The translations under genes and the position numbers were made by a program. A model generated the notes under the pieces. The model made no database searches and was not told the origin of the DNA. It saw only the letters and a list, made by a program, of their open reading frames with translations. Positions 31,661 through 41,087 of a DNA stretch of 64,000 nt are shown here, in pieces (the first letter of the stretch is position 1; each line of letters starts with the position of its first letter). Source of the DNA: Planctomycetota bacterium (GTDB taxonomy: Bacteria; Planctomycetota; GCA-002687715; CAIWVZ01); the NCBI GenBank assembly GCA_044222185.1, contig JBGANV010000001.1, positions 2,192,975-2,256,974 of the forward strand. The letters run 5' to 3'.

Positions 31661-32313
31661 TGAAGCCGCCCGTCGCGGAGTCGGATCTGGCGCGGCGCCG
31701 AGGCGGCGGCGACCGGGTCATGCGTCACCATGACGATGGTCCGCCGGCCCGCGAGCCGGTGGAGGATCGCCAGGATCTCCCGGCCGGTCTCACTGTCCAG
31801 GTTTCCCGTGGGCTCGTCGGCCAGCAGGACCTCGGGCTCGCTGATGAGAGCGCGCGCGATCGCCACGCGTTGCATCTCGCCGCCGGAGAGCTCTTCGGGC
31901 CGGTGGTCCGCACGGTGGGCAACGCCGACATCGGTGAGCAACTCGTCCACGCGCGCACGCACGTCCCGCAGCCGCCGTCCCGCGATTAGCCGTGGCAGCG
32001 CGACGTTCTCGACGACGCTCAAGGTGGGCACCAGGTTGAAGAACTGGAACACGAACCCAATGCGATCGCGTCGCAGACGCGTGAGCGCATCATCGTCCAT
32101 GCCGGACGTCGACACCCCGTCGATCGCGACCTCGCCCTCGGACGGGAGGTCCAGCCCCCCGGCGAGGTGGAGGAACGTCGACTTGCCCGACCCGCTGGGG
32201 CCGGTCACGGAGACGAACTGTCCCCGCTCGACCATGACCGTGAGGTCGGACAGCGCCGCAACGTCCCGAGTGCCCTGGCGGTAGTGCTTGCTGACGTTGC
32301 GGAACTGGATCAT
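31657..32313 (-). CDS. ABC transporter ATP-binding protein (LolD/MacB type)
   Basis: [48 protein letters not shown]. Confidence 0.95.
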   Translation of the reverse strand: MIQFRNVSKHYRQGTRDVAALSDLTVMVERGQFVSVTGPSGSGKSTFLHLAGGLDLPSEGEVAIDGVSTSGMDDDALTRLRRDRIGFVFQFFNLVPTLSVVENVALPRLIAGRRLRDVRARVDELLTDVGVAHRADHRPEELSGGEMQRVAIARALISEPEVLLADEPTGNLDSETGREILAILHRLAGRRTIVMVTHDPVAAASAPRQIRLRDGRLQ

Positions 32314-32773
32314 GAAGGTGGACTCGCGGGGATGAGCGCCGCGCTCACTCTCCGCCGCGCAGGGTCGAATTCCAGGCCTTGGTGGTCCCCGTGGCGACCG
32401 TCAAACTCTGCGTTCCGCCCGCGGCAGACTCGCCGCCGGCCGGGTGCGACCGGGGCCTCCACCTGACCAGGCTCCCAGCCTCGGGGCGATGCCGTCCCAG
32501 CGCCGCGAAACGCCGCAGCACAACTCACAGGGAGTTGCCGGGACGCGTCAACGCGGCAAACCCGTTCGCACTCGTGCGAAGAGAGTTCCGCACGGCGATC
32601 CCGCGAGTTGTCGACAAACCACGACCACGCTGACCTTTACGAACGCCGGCTGCCGGCGGAGGTGCAAGGCCGTTTTCACGGAATTCGACGCTCCGGTGTG
32701 AATGGCCCGGCCCTTCCGCGCCGATGGGATCTCCGCACGCGTTTGTTCGGAAGTGACTCATGGGGAGGGGCGC

Positions 32774-34144
32774 ATGCCACAGCTGACAGAACAGTTCAGG
32801 ATCACCGAAGCCAACCTGGCACTTCGGCGGACGTTCATCCGGATCGGCAACGACGACAAGCGGATCCTCGCGAAGCTCGCGCCATGGGCCCGAAAGGTCG
32901 CGCCGGCCATCGCGCGGGAGTTCTACGACTTCCAGTTCGCGTTCCCGCCGACGCGCCGCTTCTTCGACAAGTATGCCGCGATGAAGGGGCTCGGGATCGG
33001 CACCCTCCGCGACGCCCTCGAACGGGCGCAGGCCGGCTACTTCATCCAGATCTTCGAGGAATCCGAGCAGGGCGGCGAGTACGGCACCGCGTACTTCGAG
33101 AAACGACTCCACGTCGGGTCGGTCCACAACATCATCGACCTGCCGATGAAGTGGTACATCGGGAGCTACTCCCTCTACACGGAGCTCGCTCGCAAGCACC
33201 TGCGTCGCAGCTTCCGGTTCCGCGCGCGATTCCGCGCCGCTGCGGAGGCGTCCATCGCCAAGATCATGAACCTGGACACCCAGGCGGTCGCCGATGCGTT
33301 TTTCCTCCAGCTTCTGAGCAGCCTCGGCTTCGACCTTTCCTCGGTGGAGCTCGAAGATCCGTCCATGGACATCTCCGAGTCCTTCCGCATGTTCAAGAAG
33401 GCCGCCGGCGACGCCCTCCGCGGGATGATCGTCGCGAGCGAAGAGCTGACGGGAGTCGGACAACAGATCGCCGCTGCGTCGCAGCACGTGTCGACCAACG
33501 TGCAGCACCAGGCCGCGTCCCTCGAGGAGACGGCCGCGAGCCTCGGGACGATCACGGCATCGGTCAAGCAGAACGCCGCCGACGCCCGTCGCGCCAACGA
33601 CCTCGCCAGCAGCGCGAGCACCGAATCCGGCTCCAAGGTCCAGAGCGTCGCCGTGCAGATGAAGGAGATCTCGGCGTCCTCGCGCCAGATCGAGTCGATC
33701 ATCACGTTGATCAACGAGATCGCGTTCCAGACGAACCTCCTCGCCCTGAACGCCGCCGTCGAAGCCGCGCGAGCTGGAGAACACGGGCGCGGATTCGCCG
33801 TCGTCGCTTCGGAAGTCGGCAACCTCGCCAAGCGCTCGGCATCTGCGGCCAAGGAGATCTCGACGCTCATCAAGGACTCCGCGCAGAAGGTCGACGCCGG
33901 GGCGAAGTCCGTCGCCGCCGTGACGGAACTGATCAAGAACATCAGCTCGTCGACGGTCGAGCAGTCGAAGCAGATCGACCAGGTGTCCGCCGTCGTCAGC
34001 CAGATGGACCAGGGGACGCAGTCGAACGCCGCGCAGGCGGAACAGCTGAATGCCACCGCTGAACAGCTGGCGAGCCGCGCATCCGAACTGCGCGACCTGA
34101 TGCGGTACTTCAAACTCGACGTCGGAAGCGGCTTCGGCGGCTGA
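32774..34144 (+). CDS. Globin-coupled sensor methyl-accepting chemotaxis protein (HemAT-like, soluble)
   Basis: N-terminal protoglobin-like domain (REFYD; [13 protein letters not shown] with the proximal His). C-terminal MCP signature [33 protein letters not shown]. No TM segment. GGGAGG RBS. Confidence 0.9.
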   Translation: MPQLTEQFRITEANLALRRTFIRIGNDDKRILAKLAPWARKVAPAIAREFYDFQFAFPPTRRFFDKYAAMKGLGIGTLRDALERAQAGYFIQIFEESEQGGEYGTAYFEKRLHVGSVHNIIDLPMKWYIGSYSLYTELARKHLRRSFRFRARFRAAAEASIAKIMNLDTQAVADAFFLQLLSSLGFDLSSVELEDPSMDISESFRMFKKAAGDALRGMIVASEELTGVGQQIAAASQHVSTNVQHQAASLEETAASLGTITASVKQNAADARRANDLASSASTESGSKVQSVAVQMKEISASSRQIESIITLINEIAFQTNLLALNAAVEAARAGEHGRGFAVVASEVGNLAKRSASAAKEISTLIKDSAQKVDAGAKSVAAVTELIKNISSSTVEQSKQIDQVSAVVSQMDQGTQSNAAQAEQLNATAEQLASRASELRDLMRYFKLDVGSGFGG

Positions 34145-34164
34145 TCCGCTGGCGTCCGATCCGT

Positions 34165-34186
34165 GGGCGGGCCCCTCGGCCCGCCC
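34165..34186 (+). terminator. GC stem-loop after the MCP gene
   Basis: GGGCGGGCC-CCTC-GGCCCGCCC 20 nt after the stop. No U-tract. Confidence 0.3.
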
Positions 34187-34523
34187 CTCATTCCTCCACC
34201 GGGGCGGGCAGAGGGATCGCCGTCGCGATCGGCAGCCCGTGACGCCGACGCCGCCAGGCGCTCGCCGAGATCCACGAAAGGCGACTCCCGTCTCACCCGA
34301 GGCCGCGAGGTCGCGCCCGCACCGCTTCCCCGACCGCGCGTCGCCTCGACGGATCCGCAGTCGACACGATCGCCTTCGACGGCGCCGCGCCCCAAATCAC
34401 TGGACCGGCCTCGACTCGATCTGTACTCTCGCCTCCGAACTCCCCGACCCGAGGCCTCGATGCGGTGATCACTCCTCCCAGGCCTCGCCGTAACCCACGA
34501 AGCCGTAGGCGACCCTCTCAACG

Positions 34524-35756
34524 ATGAATTCCATCCGAACCACTCTGTGTCTCTGTCTTGCCGCCGCCCTCACGATGGCGCAGGCCCCGTCGAACGACGA
34601 ATGCGTCTCGGCGATTCCCGTCACCAATGGGCAGACGATCGCCACGAACGTCGGCGCGACGAACTCGGTCGGATTCGCTGGGAGTTGCATCCCAGGCGAG
34701 TCGGACGTCTTCTTCAGCTATCTGGCGACGGCTCCCGGCCTCGTCCACGCATCGCTGTGCCAGACTCCAGGCAACCCGTCGGACATCAACGACAGCGTCA
34801 TCAACGTGTACTCGGGAGGCTGCGCCGGCGCCGAGGTCTCCTGCAACGACGACAACTGCGGGCTGCTCTCGAGTACGAGCTTCAATGCCGTCGCGGGCAC
34901 CACGTACATCATCCGCGTCGCCGGCTATTCGTTCTTCGACACGGGCACGTTCATCCTGGACGTTCAGCCCGCCGGACCGCCGCCCGCCAACGACACCTGC
35001 CTGAACGCGACGATCGTCGGCGACGGCACCGTGAACGGCGACAACACGAACGCGACGACCGAGCCGGGACTTCCGCTCGAACAGTGCGGCTTCAATCCGA
35101 CGAACGACGTCTGGTACCAGTACTACAACACGAGCAACTGCTACTGGAACGTCACGGCGAGCCTGTGCCCGACCACCGCGCCCGCGATCGACAGCATGCT
35201 GCGGGTGTTCACGGGCACCTGTGGCAACTTCACCGAAATCGCCTGTAACGACGACTTCTGTGGGCTCATCTCCGAAACTTCGTTCATCCTGGGCCCGGGC
35301 CAGAGCGCGTTCATCGCCGTGGCGATCTACAACGACTCGGGCGGTGGCCCGTTCGGCCTCACGCTCTCCCATGGGACGGCCGTGGCGCAACCGGTCGGCG
35401 CGTCTTGCCCCATCGGCGGGCCGTCGCTGTCGTCGGACGCACCGATCCTCGGTGGGACCGTGACGATCACCGTCGCGAACGGGACACCGGGCGCAGCGGG
35501 AACGATGTTCTACGGAGTCGGCGCGCCCTCGCCGTTCGTGTTCCTCGGTTGCTCGGTCTACATCGACCTCGCGACGCTCCAGCCGCTCCTGAACTACGTC
35601 ACCGATGCCGGCGGCGGTTTCCAGCTCGTCGCTCCGCTGCCGAACATCCCGGCGCTCGACTGCGTCCGCGTGATGCTGCAGTCGGCCCACTTCGGGACGC
35701 TCACGCCGAACGGGTTCGAACTCACCAACGGCCTCGACGCTCAGCTCGGATACTGA
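34524..35756 (+). CDS. Secreted Cys-rich protein: two tandem 'NDxC' beta-domains plus conserved C-terminal domain
   Basis: Signal peptide. Two ~125-aa repeats (PSNDECVSAIPV...SCNDDNCGLLS and PANDTCLNATIV...ACNDDFCGLIS). C-terminal domain ending LPNIPAL...LQSA...LTNGLDAQLGY. Confidence 0.8.
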   Translation: MNSIRTTLCLCLAAALTMAQAPSNDECVSAIPVTNGQTIATNVGATNSVGFAGSCIPGESDVFFSYLATAPGLVHASLCQTPGNPSDINDSVINVYSGGCAGAEVSCNDDNCGLLSSTSFNAVAGTTYIIRVAGYSFFDTGTFILDVQPAGPPPANDTCLNATIVGDGTVNGDNTNATTEPGLPLEQCGFNPTNDVWYQYYNTSNCYWNVTASLCPTTAPAIDSMLRVFTGTCGNFTEIACNDDFCGLISETSFILGPGQSAFIAVAIYNDSGGGPFGLTLSHGTAVAQPVGASCPIGGPSLSSDAPILGGTVTITVANGTPGAAGTMFYGVGAPSPFVFLGCSVYIDLATLQPLLNYVTDAGGGFQLVAPLPNIPALDCVRVMLQSAHFGTLTPNGFELTNGLDAQLGY

Positions 35757-35840
35757 CGGTCCCGCCGCCGGTCCCTCGGGCGACGGCGGCTCTCCGACCG
35801 AGCTTGTCTGGGGGCTCGGAGCGAATTACGCTCCCGCCCC

Positions 35841-37499
35841 ATGAGGGCCGATCAGACGACCTCGCAGCCGACGGCGGAAGCGCACCTGCGCAAGGTCGTC
35901 ATCCTGGTCGTCGCCGCACTCGCGGTGACCTCGAGCGTCCGCAACTTCGTCCCGCGGCTCATCCACCCCTGGGACTTCGAGGACGACGCCGCCCAGCACG
36001 TCTGGTGGACCTATCGCTTCGCGGACGCCTCCCTCTTCCCGAGCGACATCGCGGCGGACTACTTCTCGCTGCCGACGTTCGCACCGGTCGGATACCAGGC
36101 GGTCTACCGCACGCTGGTCCCGCTCGCCGACGCACAACGCGTCTCCGAAGTGATCCCGATCGTGCTCACGGCGATCACAGCCGTCCTCGGGGTTCTGCTT
36201 GGCCGAGCCGTCGGCCGGGGCTCCTGGGTGGGCGGGCTCGTGGGTGGGGTCATGGCCACCTCGGCGTTGATCGTCAACAAGATCGACGGCGGTCTACCCC
36301 GGGCGTTCGCGGAGCCGCTCCTCTTGTTCGCGCTTTGGGCACTGGTTCAGCGACGGATCGTGTTCCTCGGCGTCGCCTTCGTCCTGACCGCGCTGTTCTA
36401 CCCCCCGTTGATCGTCAACCTCGGGCTCGTGACCGTGTTCGTCCTCGGGATCGACTGGTGGCGGAGCCGCCGATTGCCGAAGGGCTGGATCGCTCTGCTC
36501 GTTGGAATCGCGATCGCAGCCGGCGTCGTTGCATACGCCTACGCGCGACCGATGCGTCCCGATTTCGCACCGAAGATCACCGCGGCAGACGCGCGCGCCA
36601 TGCCGGAGTTCTGGCAGGGCGGTCGATCCGCATTCTTCTCGAAGGACCTCGTGCGCTTCTATTTCGAGGGCCCACGCCCGGGGATGGGGCTGTCGCCCGC
36701 GTCGCTCGCGCTGTCGATCGTGGGCCTGATCCTGCTCGCGCGTTCGTTCCGAGGCGCGATCGGCATGGAGATCACCGGCCTGTTCGTCACGTCGCTCGGC
36801 GCATTCATCGTCGCTCACGCAGTGCTCTTCGCCCTCCATCTCCCGAGCCGATACACCCGATACACGTTCCCGGTCTGCGCCCTCATGGTGATCTCGTCCG
36901 TCGTCCCGCGGTTGGCCGAGATCCGTCCCCTGGCGCGATTCGCCAGACGCTTGCATGAACCGCGCATCCTGGCTGTGATCGGCGCGGTGATCGCGCTCTG
37001 CGCGGCGACCGACGCCATCGTCAAGGTCAGGAGAGACCTCGGCAGGTCTCCCGAGCCGGGGCTCATGGAAGTCCTGGAATTCGTGAGTCAGCTCCCCAAG
37101 GAATCCGTGATCGCCGCCCATCCGTCGGACGCGAGCGTCATCCCGCTGCTCACCCGTCGCAGCACGGTCGCGAACGAGGAGATCTCGCTGGCGTACCACA
37201 TGGGTTACTATCGCCAGGTGAAGGCTCGTCTCACGGATGAGTTGCGCGCCTGCTTCGCGCACGACTGGTCCGACGTCGACGCGCTGTGGTCGCGCTACGG
37301 CGCCCGCGCCTTCGTCGTGAACACGGGACGCTACGCGGACGTGTCACGACCCATCTACCGCCAACCGTTCGAGTCGGACCTCCGTCCCGAGATCGAGGCC
37401 CATGCGAAGGTCGGGTTCGTACTCGCCCGTCCTCCCGCCGACCGCATCCTGTTCGCAGCCGGGAACTACGTCGTCGTTCGCGTCGGCCCGGACGTCTGA
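35841..37499 (+). CDS. Multi-pass membrane protein, putative GT-C glycosyltransferase
   Basis: About 10 hydrophobic segments, acidic EDD motif in the first loop after TM1, PSRY motif, soluble C-terminal domain. Adjacent to a GT2 and a flippase-like gene. Confidence 0.6.
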   Translation: MRADQTTSQPTAEAHLRKVVILVVAALAVTSSVRNFVPRLIHPWDFEDDAAQHVWWTYRFADASLFPSDIAADYFSLPTFAPVGYQAVYRTLVPLADAQRVSEVIPIVLTAITAVLGVLLGRAVGRGSWVGGLVGGVMATSALIVNKIDGGLPRAFAEPLLLFALWALVQRRIVFLGVAFVLTALFYPPLIVNLGLVTVFVLGIDWWRSRRLPKGWIALLVGIAIAAGVVAYAYARPMRPDFAPKITAADARAMPEFWQGGRSAFFSKDLVRFYFEGPRPGMGLSPASLALSIVGLILLARSFRGAIGMEITGLFVTSLGAFIVAHAVLFALHLPSRYTRYTFPVCALMVISSVVPRLAEIRPLARFARRLHEPRILAVIGAVIALCAATDAIVKVRRDLGRSPEPGLMEVLEFVSQLPKESVIAAHPSDASVIPLLTRRSTVANEEISLAYHMGYYRQVKARLTDELRACFAHDWSDVDALWSRYGARAFVVNTGRYADVSRPIYRQPFESDLRPEIEAHAKVGFVLARPPADRILFAAGNYVVVRVGPDV

Positions 37500-37502
37500 A
37501 AC

Positions 37503-38399
37503 ATGCCGGAAAACTACGGATCTGATTCGAGCCTCGACCTGACCGTGCTGCTCCCCGCCTACAACGAGGAGGAGGCGATCGAACCGGTCGTCGCCGAGGT
37601 GCGTGCGGCCCTGGCCGCGTGGCCGGGAAGCTACGAGATCCTCGTCGTCGACGACGCATCGGTGGATTCAACGGCGGCGCGGGCCGAGAAGGCCGGCGTC
37701 CGCGTCGTTCGTCGCGTGGAGAACGGCGGATCGGGAGCCTCGCGCAAGACGGGCACCCGCGAGGCACGCGGCCGGCTGATCGCCATGCTGGACGCCGACG
37801 GGACGTACGTCGCATCGCACCTGCCCGAGCTTCTCTCGTACTTCCCCGCCTGGGACCAGGTCAACGGCGCACGCACGACGGAGCAGGGCACCATGCGCCC
37901 GCTTCGCGTTCCGGCGAAGTGGGCGATCCGCAAGCTCGCGGAGTGGATCAGCCGTCGCAAGATCCCGGACCTGAACACGGGAATGAAGATCTACAAACGC
38001 GACGTGATGCTCCGCTACCTGTGGGTGATGCCCGAGGGATTCTCCTGCGTCACGTCCATGACGCTGGCGTTCCTCTGCAACGGTCACCCCGTGAAGTACG
38101 TCCCCGTGGGATACCGCAAGCGCATCGGTCACTCGAAGTTTCACCCCGTGAAGGACACGGCGCGTTACGCCATGACCGTCCTGCGGATGATCATGTATTT
38201 CCGCCCGCTCCGCGTGTTCCTCCCGCTCGCGATCCTCATCGCCGGCTTTGCCGGCGCGAAGATGTCCTACGACTTCTTCATCTCGCCCAAGCACACGCTG
38301 CAGGAATCGGACATCATCGTCGCCGTCGCCGGGATCATGACGCTGGTCATCGGATTGCTCGCCGACCTCGTCGTCGCCCAGCGGAGGGAAGCGCGTTGA
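37503..38399 (+). CDS. GT2 family glycosyltransferase (DPM1/polyprenol-phosphate sugar synthase-like)
   Basis: VLLPAYNEE, VVDDASVD, MLDADGTY, PDLNTG, RIGHSKF, two C-terminal TM helices. Confidence 0.92.
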   Translation: MPENYGSDSSLDLTVLLPAYNEEEAIEPVVAEVRAALAAWPGSYEILVVDDASVDSTAARAEKAGVRVVRRVENGGSGASRKTGTREARGRLIAMLDADGTYVASHLPELLSYFPAWDQVNGARTTEQGTMRPLRVPAKWAIRKLAEWISRRKIPDLNTGMKIYKRDVMLRYLWVMPEGFSCVTSMTLAFLCNGHPVKYVPVGYRKRIGHSKFHPVKDTARYAMTVLRMIMYFRPLRVFLPLAILIAGFAGAKMSYDFFISPKHTLQESDIIVAVAGIMTLVIGLLADLVVAQRREAR

Positions 38400-40027
38400 A
38401 CGACGGACGCGCCGGAGACGATGTCGACGCCGCACGGTGGTACCTCGACGAGGTGCTCGCGCAGATCCCGCGAATCCTCACGCTGATCGATCGCGATCCG
38501 ACGTCGCCGACGTACGGCTGCTTCGACCGGAACTACTGGCATTACCGCACGCAGGATTTTCCGAGCGGGATGTATCAGGAGCTCGCGCTGCCGCTCGCGC
38601 AGGTCTGGGCGCTGGACGTTCCTGGGAATCCGTGGCGCGGCGAGGCGCGCATCCGCGAACTCGCACTCGCTGCCATTCGGTACGCCGCCAGGTCTGCCCA
38701 TCCGGACGCCTCCTGCGACGACTACTACCCCTTCGAACGCGCGCTGGGAGCGACCGCATTCGTCGCGAACGCGAGCGCGGAGGCCATGCGTGTCCTCGAC
38801 GCTACGGATGCCGACATCCTGGCGTTCGCCAGAAAACGCTGCACGTGGTTGGTGAATCGACACGAGACGGGCCGGCTGTCGAACCACCAGGCACTGGTCG
38901 CGCTGGCCGCCGCGCGGACGGCGCGGCTCTGCAACGACGAATCTCTACTCGCAGCCGCCCGATCCCGGTTGGACGCGTGCCTCGATTGGCAGCACGCCGA
39001 AGGGTGGTTCCCCGAATACGAAGGCGCCGATCCGGGGTATCAGACGCTCACGATCGCGTTCCTCTCGGCGCTACGGCCGTACCTCCCGTCGCCGCGGCTG
39101 GACGATGCCCTGCGACGCGCCGCCGATTTCGCCGCGCATTTCCTCCATCCCGATGGATCCTTCGCCGGTGAAACCGGGAGTCGGAACACCTGCCAGGTTC
39201 TCCCCTCCGGCTTCGAGCGTCTGGCGGCGAACGTCCCCGCGGCCGCGTGGCTCGCAGATGGCTGGCTTCGCGGGGCGCGGGCCCGGCTCCGCGGCTTTCC
39301 GGACGACGATCGCATCGTGTGCCACTGGCTCGGGGACTACCTCCAGGCCTGGGAGGCCCGTCGGAGTCGCTCGATGGCCGTCGCCCCTTGGTCTCCGCCC
39401 AGCGGAACGACGGCGTTTCCGGCCGCGCACCTCGTCGTCGTCCGCGAGGCGCCGCTCCATCTCGTGGTCGCCACGAGCAAGGGCGGAGTGTTCCGCGCCT
39501 ATTCGGGGCCGCGTCTCCTCGCGAACGACACGGGACTCGTCGGCGTGACGACCGACGGGCGACGCGTCGTCTCGCACCTCGTCGACCCGACGCCAACCGT
39601 TTCCGCCGACCGCCGTTCCATCACGGTCCGCGGCCGGATGCACGTGGCGTCCCGCAAGCTCGCGGCGCCCATGAAGCAGGTGGTCTTCCGCATCATCAAT
39701 GCCACGATCGGTCGAGTCGCTCCCAATCTCTTGCGCCTGCTGCTCCAAAAAGTCCTCATCACCGGGCGCAAGTCCGCGCCCTATTCCTTCGAGCGCACGC
39801 TCACCTGGAACGACGCCGGAGAGCTCACGGTCCGCGACCGCGTCGAGGCCGACTCCGGAGCCCCGCCGCTCGAGCGCGTGCTCGCCTCGACGGACGCCAC
39901 GTCGATCTACGTCGCCACGTCGAATCTCTGGCAGAACGCCTCGCTCCTGCCGTGGTCCGCGCTGCCGTCGCTGGCGAGCGGACTGCGCGAGACGGGTGCT
40001 GGCGAGTCGCTGCGGAGCTTTCGGTGA
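38396..40027 (+). CDS. Conserved hypothetical protein, predicted alpha/alpha-toroid plus beta-domain (heparinase II/III-like architecture)
   Basis: TTG start overlaps the GT2 stop. Motifs PTYGCFDRNYWHY, SCDDYYPFE, LSNHQAL, QHAEGWFPEYEGADPGY, HPDGSFAGETGSRNT. The fold call is inference. Confidence 0.65.
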   Translation: MNDGRAGDDVDAARWYLDEVLAQIPRILTLIDRDPTSPTYGCFDRNYWHYRTQDFPSGMYQELALPLAQVWALDVPGNPWRGEARIRELALAAIRYAARSAHPDASCDDYYPFERALGATAFVANASAEAMRVLDATDADILAFARKRCTWLVNRHETGRLSNHQALVALAAARTARLCNDESLLAAARSRLDACLDWQHAEGWFPEYEGADPGYQTLTIAFLSALRPYLPSPRLDDALRRAADFAAHFLHPDGSFAGETGSRNTCQVLPSGFERLAANVPAAAWLADGWLRGARARLRGFPDDDRIVCHWLGDYLQAWEARRSRSMAVAPWSPPSGTTAFPAAHLVVVREAPLHLVVATSKGGVFRAYSGPRLLANDTGLVGVTTDGRRVVSHLVDPTPTVSADRRSITVRGRMHVASRKLAAPMKQVVFRIINATIGRVAPNLLRLLLQKVLITGRKSAPYSFERTLTWNDAGELTVRDRVEADSGAPPLERVLASTDATSIYVATSNLWQNASLLPWSALPSLASGLRETGAGESLRSFR

Positions 40028-40998
40028 CGAAACGTCTGCTCCTGCTGCTGCTTTCCCTCGTTGCGCTGGGAATCCTCTGGTGGAAGACGGGCTGGGCCGA
40101 CCTCGTCGACGCCGTGAAATCGCTCGACGGGGCCTGGTTCGTCGCGGCGCTCCTCATGTTCGTCCCGCAAACCTGGCTCAGCGGCGTTCGGTGGTCGTGG
40201 ATCGTGGGCGCCTACCAGCCGCTTGGGGCCTGGAAGGCCACGGAACTCGTGCTCGCGTCCTCGACGCTGAACATCGTCCTTCCTTCCAAGATGGGTGACG
40301 TGGCCAAGGGCGCGTTCCTCGCGCGCGGCCAGGCGGGAGGCGACCTCGCGACGGGCCTCACGCTGGGGCTCTTCGAGAAGGGGCTGGACACCGCCGCGCT
40401 CGCCGCGGTCATGCTCGTCGCCACCGCGTTCGCCCCGCCGGTCAACCCCCTCGAGTGGTTCCTCGTCGCCAGTGCGCTCGCAGGCACCCTCGCGTTCCTC
40501 GCGATTCTGACGCGGCCGGTGGCGGCGAGACTCGCACCGTGGGCGACCACCGAGGGTCGCGGCTTGCGGCGCAAGCTCACGAGGATCCTCGGAGTGATCG
40601 GCGCCGTCGTCCTGAAGCTGCGCGCCGAACCGGCCCGCTTCGCGACGATCCTGGTGAGTGCCGTCGTGCTGTGGACGCTCCACCTGATCCAGTTCTCCTT
40701 CGCCCTTCGCGCCGCCGGCGGCGATACGTCGACGGTGATGCTCTGGAGCCGCGTCCCCATGGCGATCTTCCTGGGACTCCTGCCGTTCACGTTCGCGGGC
40801 GTCGGCACGCGCGACGCCGCCATGCGTTACCTCCTCGCGCCGACGATCGGCGTGGGTCCCGCGCTCGCATTGGGCCTCTTCGCGACGCTTCGCTACGTGA
40901 TCGTCGCCGTTGCAGGCGCGCCTTTCGTCGTGCGTCTCCCCGTCGACCGGGCGGCGCTGCTGCGCGGACGCTCACCGGCGAAGACCTCCGATCCGTGA
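40024..40998 (+). CDS. UPF0104 / LPG-synthase TM-domain protein (putative flippase)
   Basis: RW motif, LNIVLPSKMGDVAK, FEKGLD, LPFTFAGVGTRD, multiple TMs. GTGA overlap with the upstream gene. Confidence 0.85.
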   Translation: MTKRLLLLLLSLVALGILWWKTGWADLVDAVKSLDGAWFVAALLMFVPQTWLSGVRWSWIVGAYQPLGAWKATELVLASSTLNIVLPSKMGDVAKGAFLARGQAGGDLATGLTLGLFEKGLDTAALAAVMLVATAFAPPVNPLEWFLVASALAGTLAFLAILTRPVAARLAPWATTEGRGLRRKLTRILGVIGAVVLKLRAEPARFATILVSAVVLWTLHLIQFSFALRAAGGDTSTVMLWSRVPMAIFLGLLPFTFAGVGTRDAAMRYLLAPTIGVGPALALGLFATLRYVIVAVAGAPFVVRLPVDRAALLRGRSPAKTSDP

Positions 40999-41087
40999 AC
41001 GTCGCGCTTGCCGGATCCGAGCTTCGCCCGGAAGATCCGCGCTCTCGCCGACGTCAGGCCGTTGACGCTCGTCGTCGCAAGGAAGCC

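Noticed and set aside
32520-32660. Possible c-di-GMP-I riboswitch upstream of the MCP (GGCAAACC...GCCGGCTGCC)
   Set aside because: The GNRA loop and the following GGGACGCAAAGC element are not present in the required order. An Infernal search against the Rfam c-di-GMP-I model would settle it.
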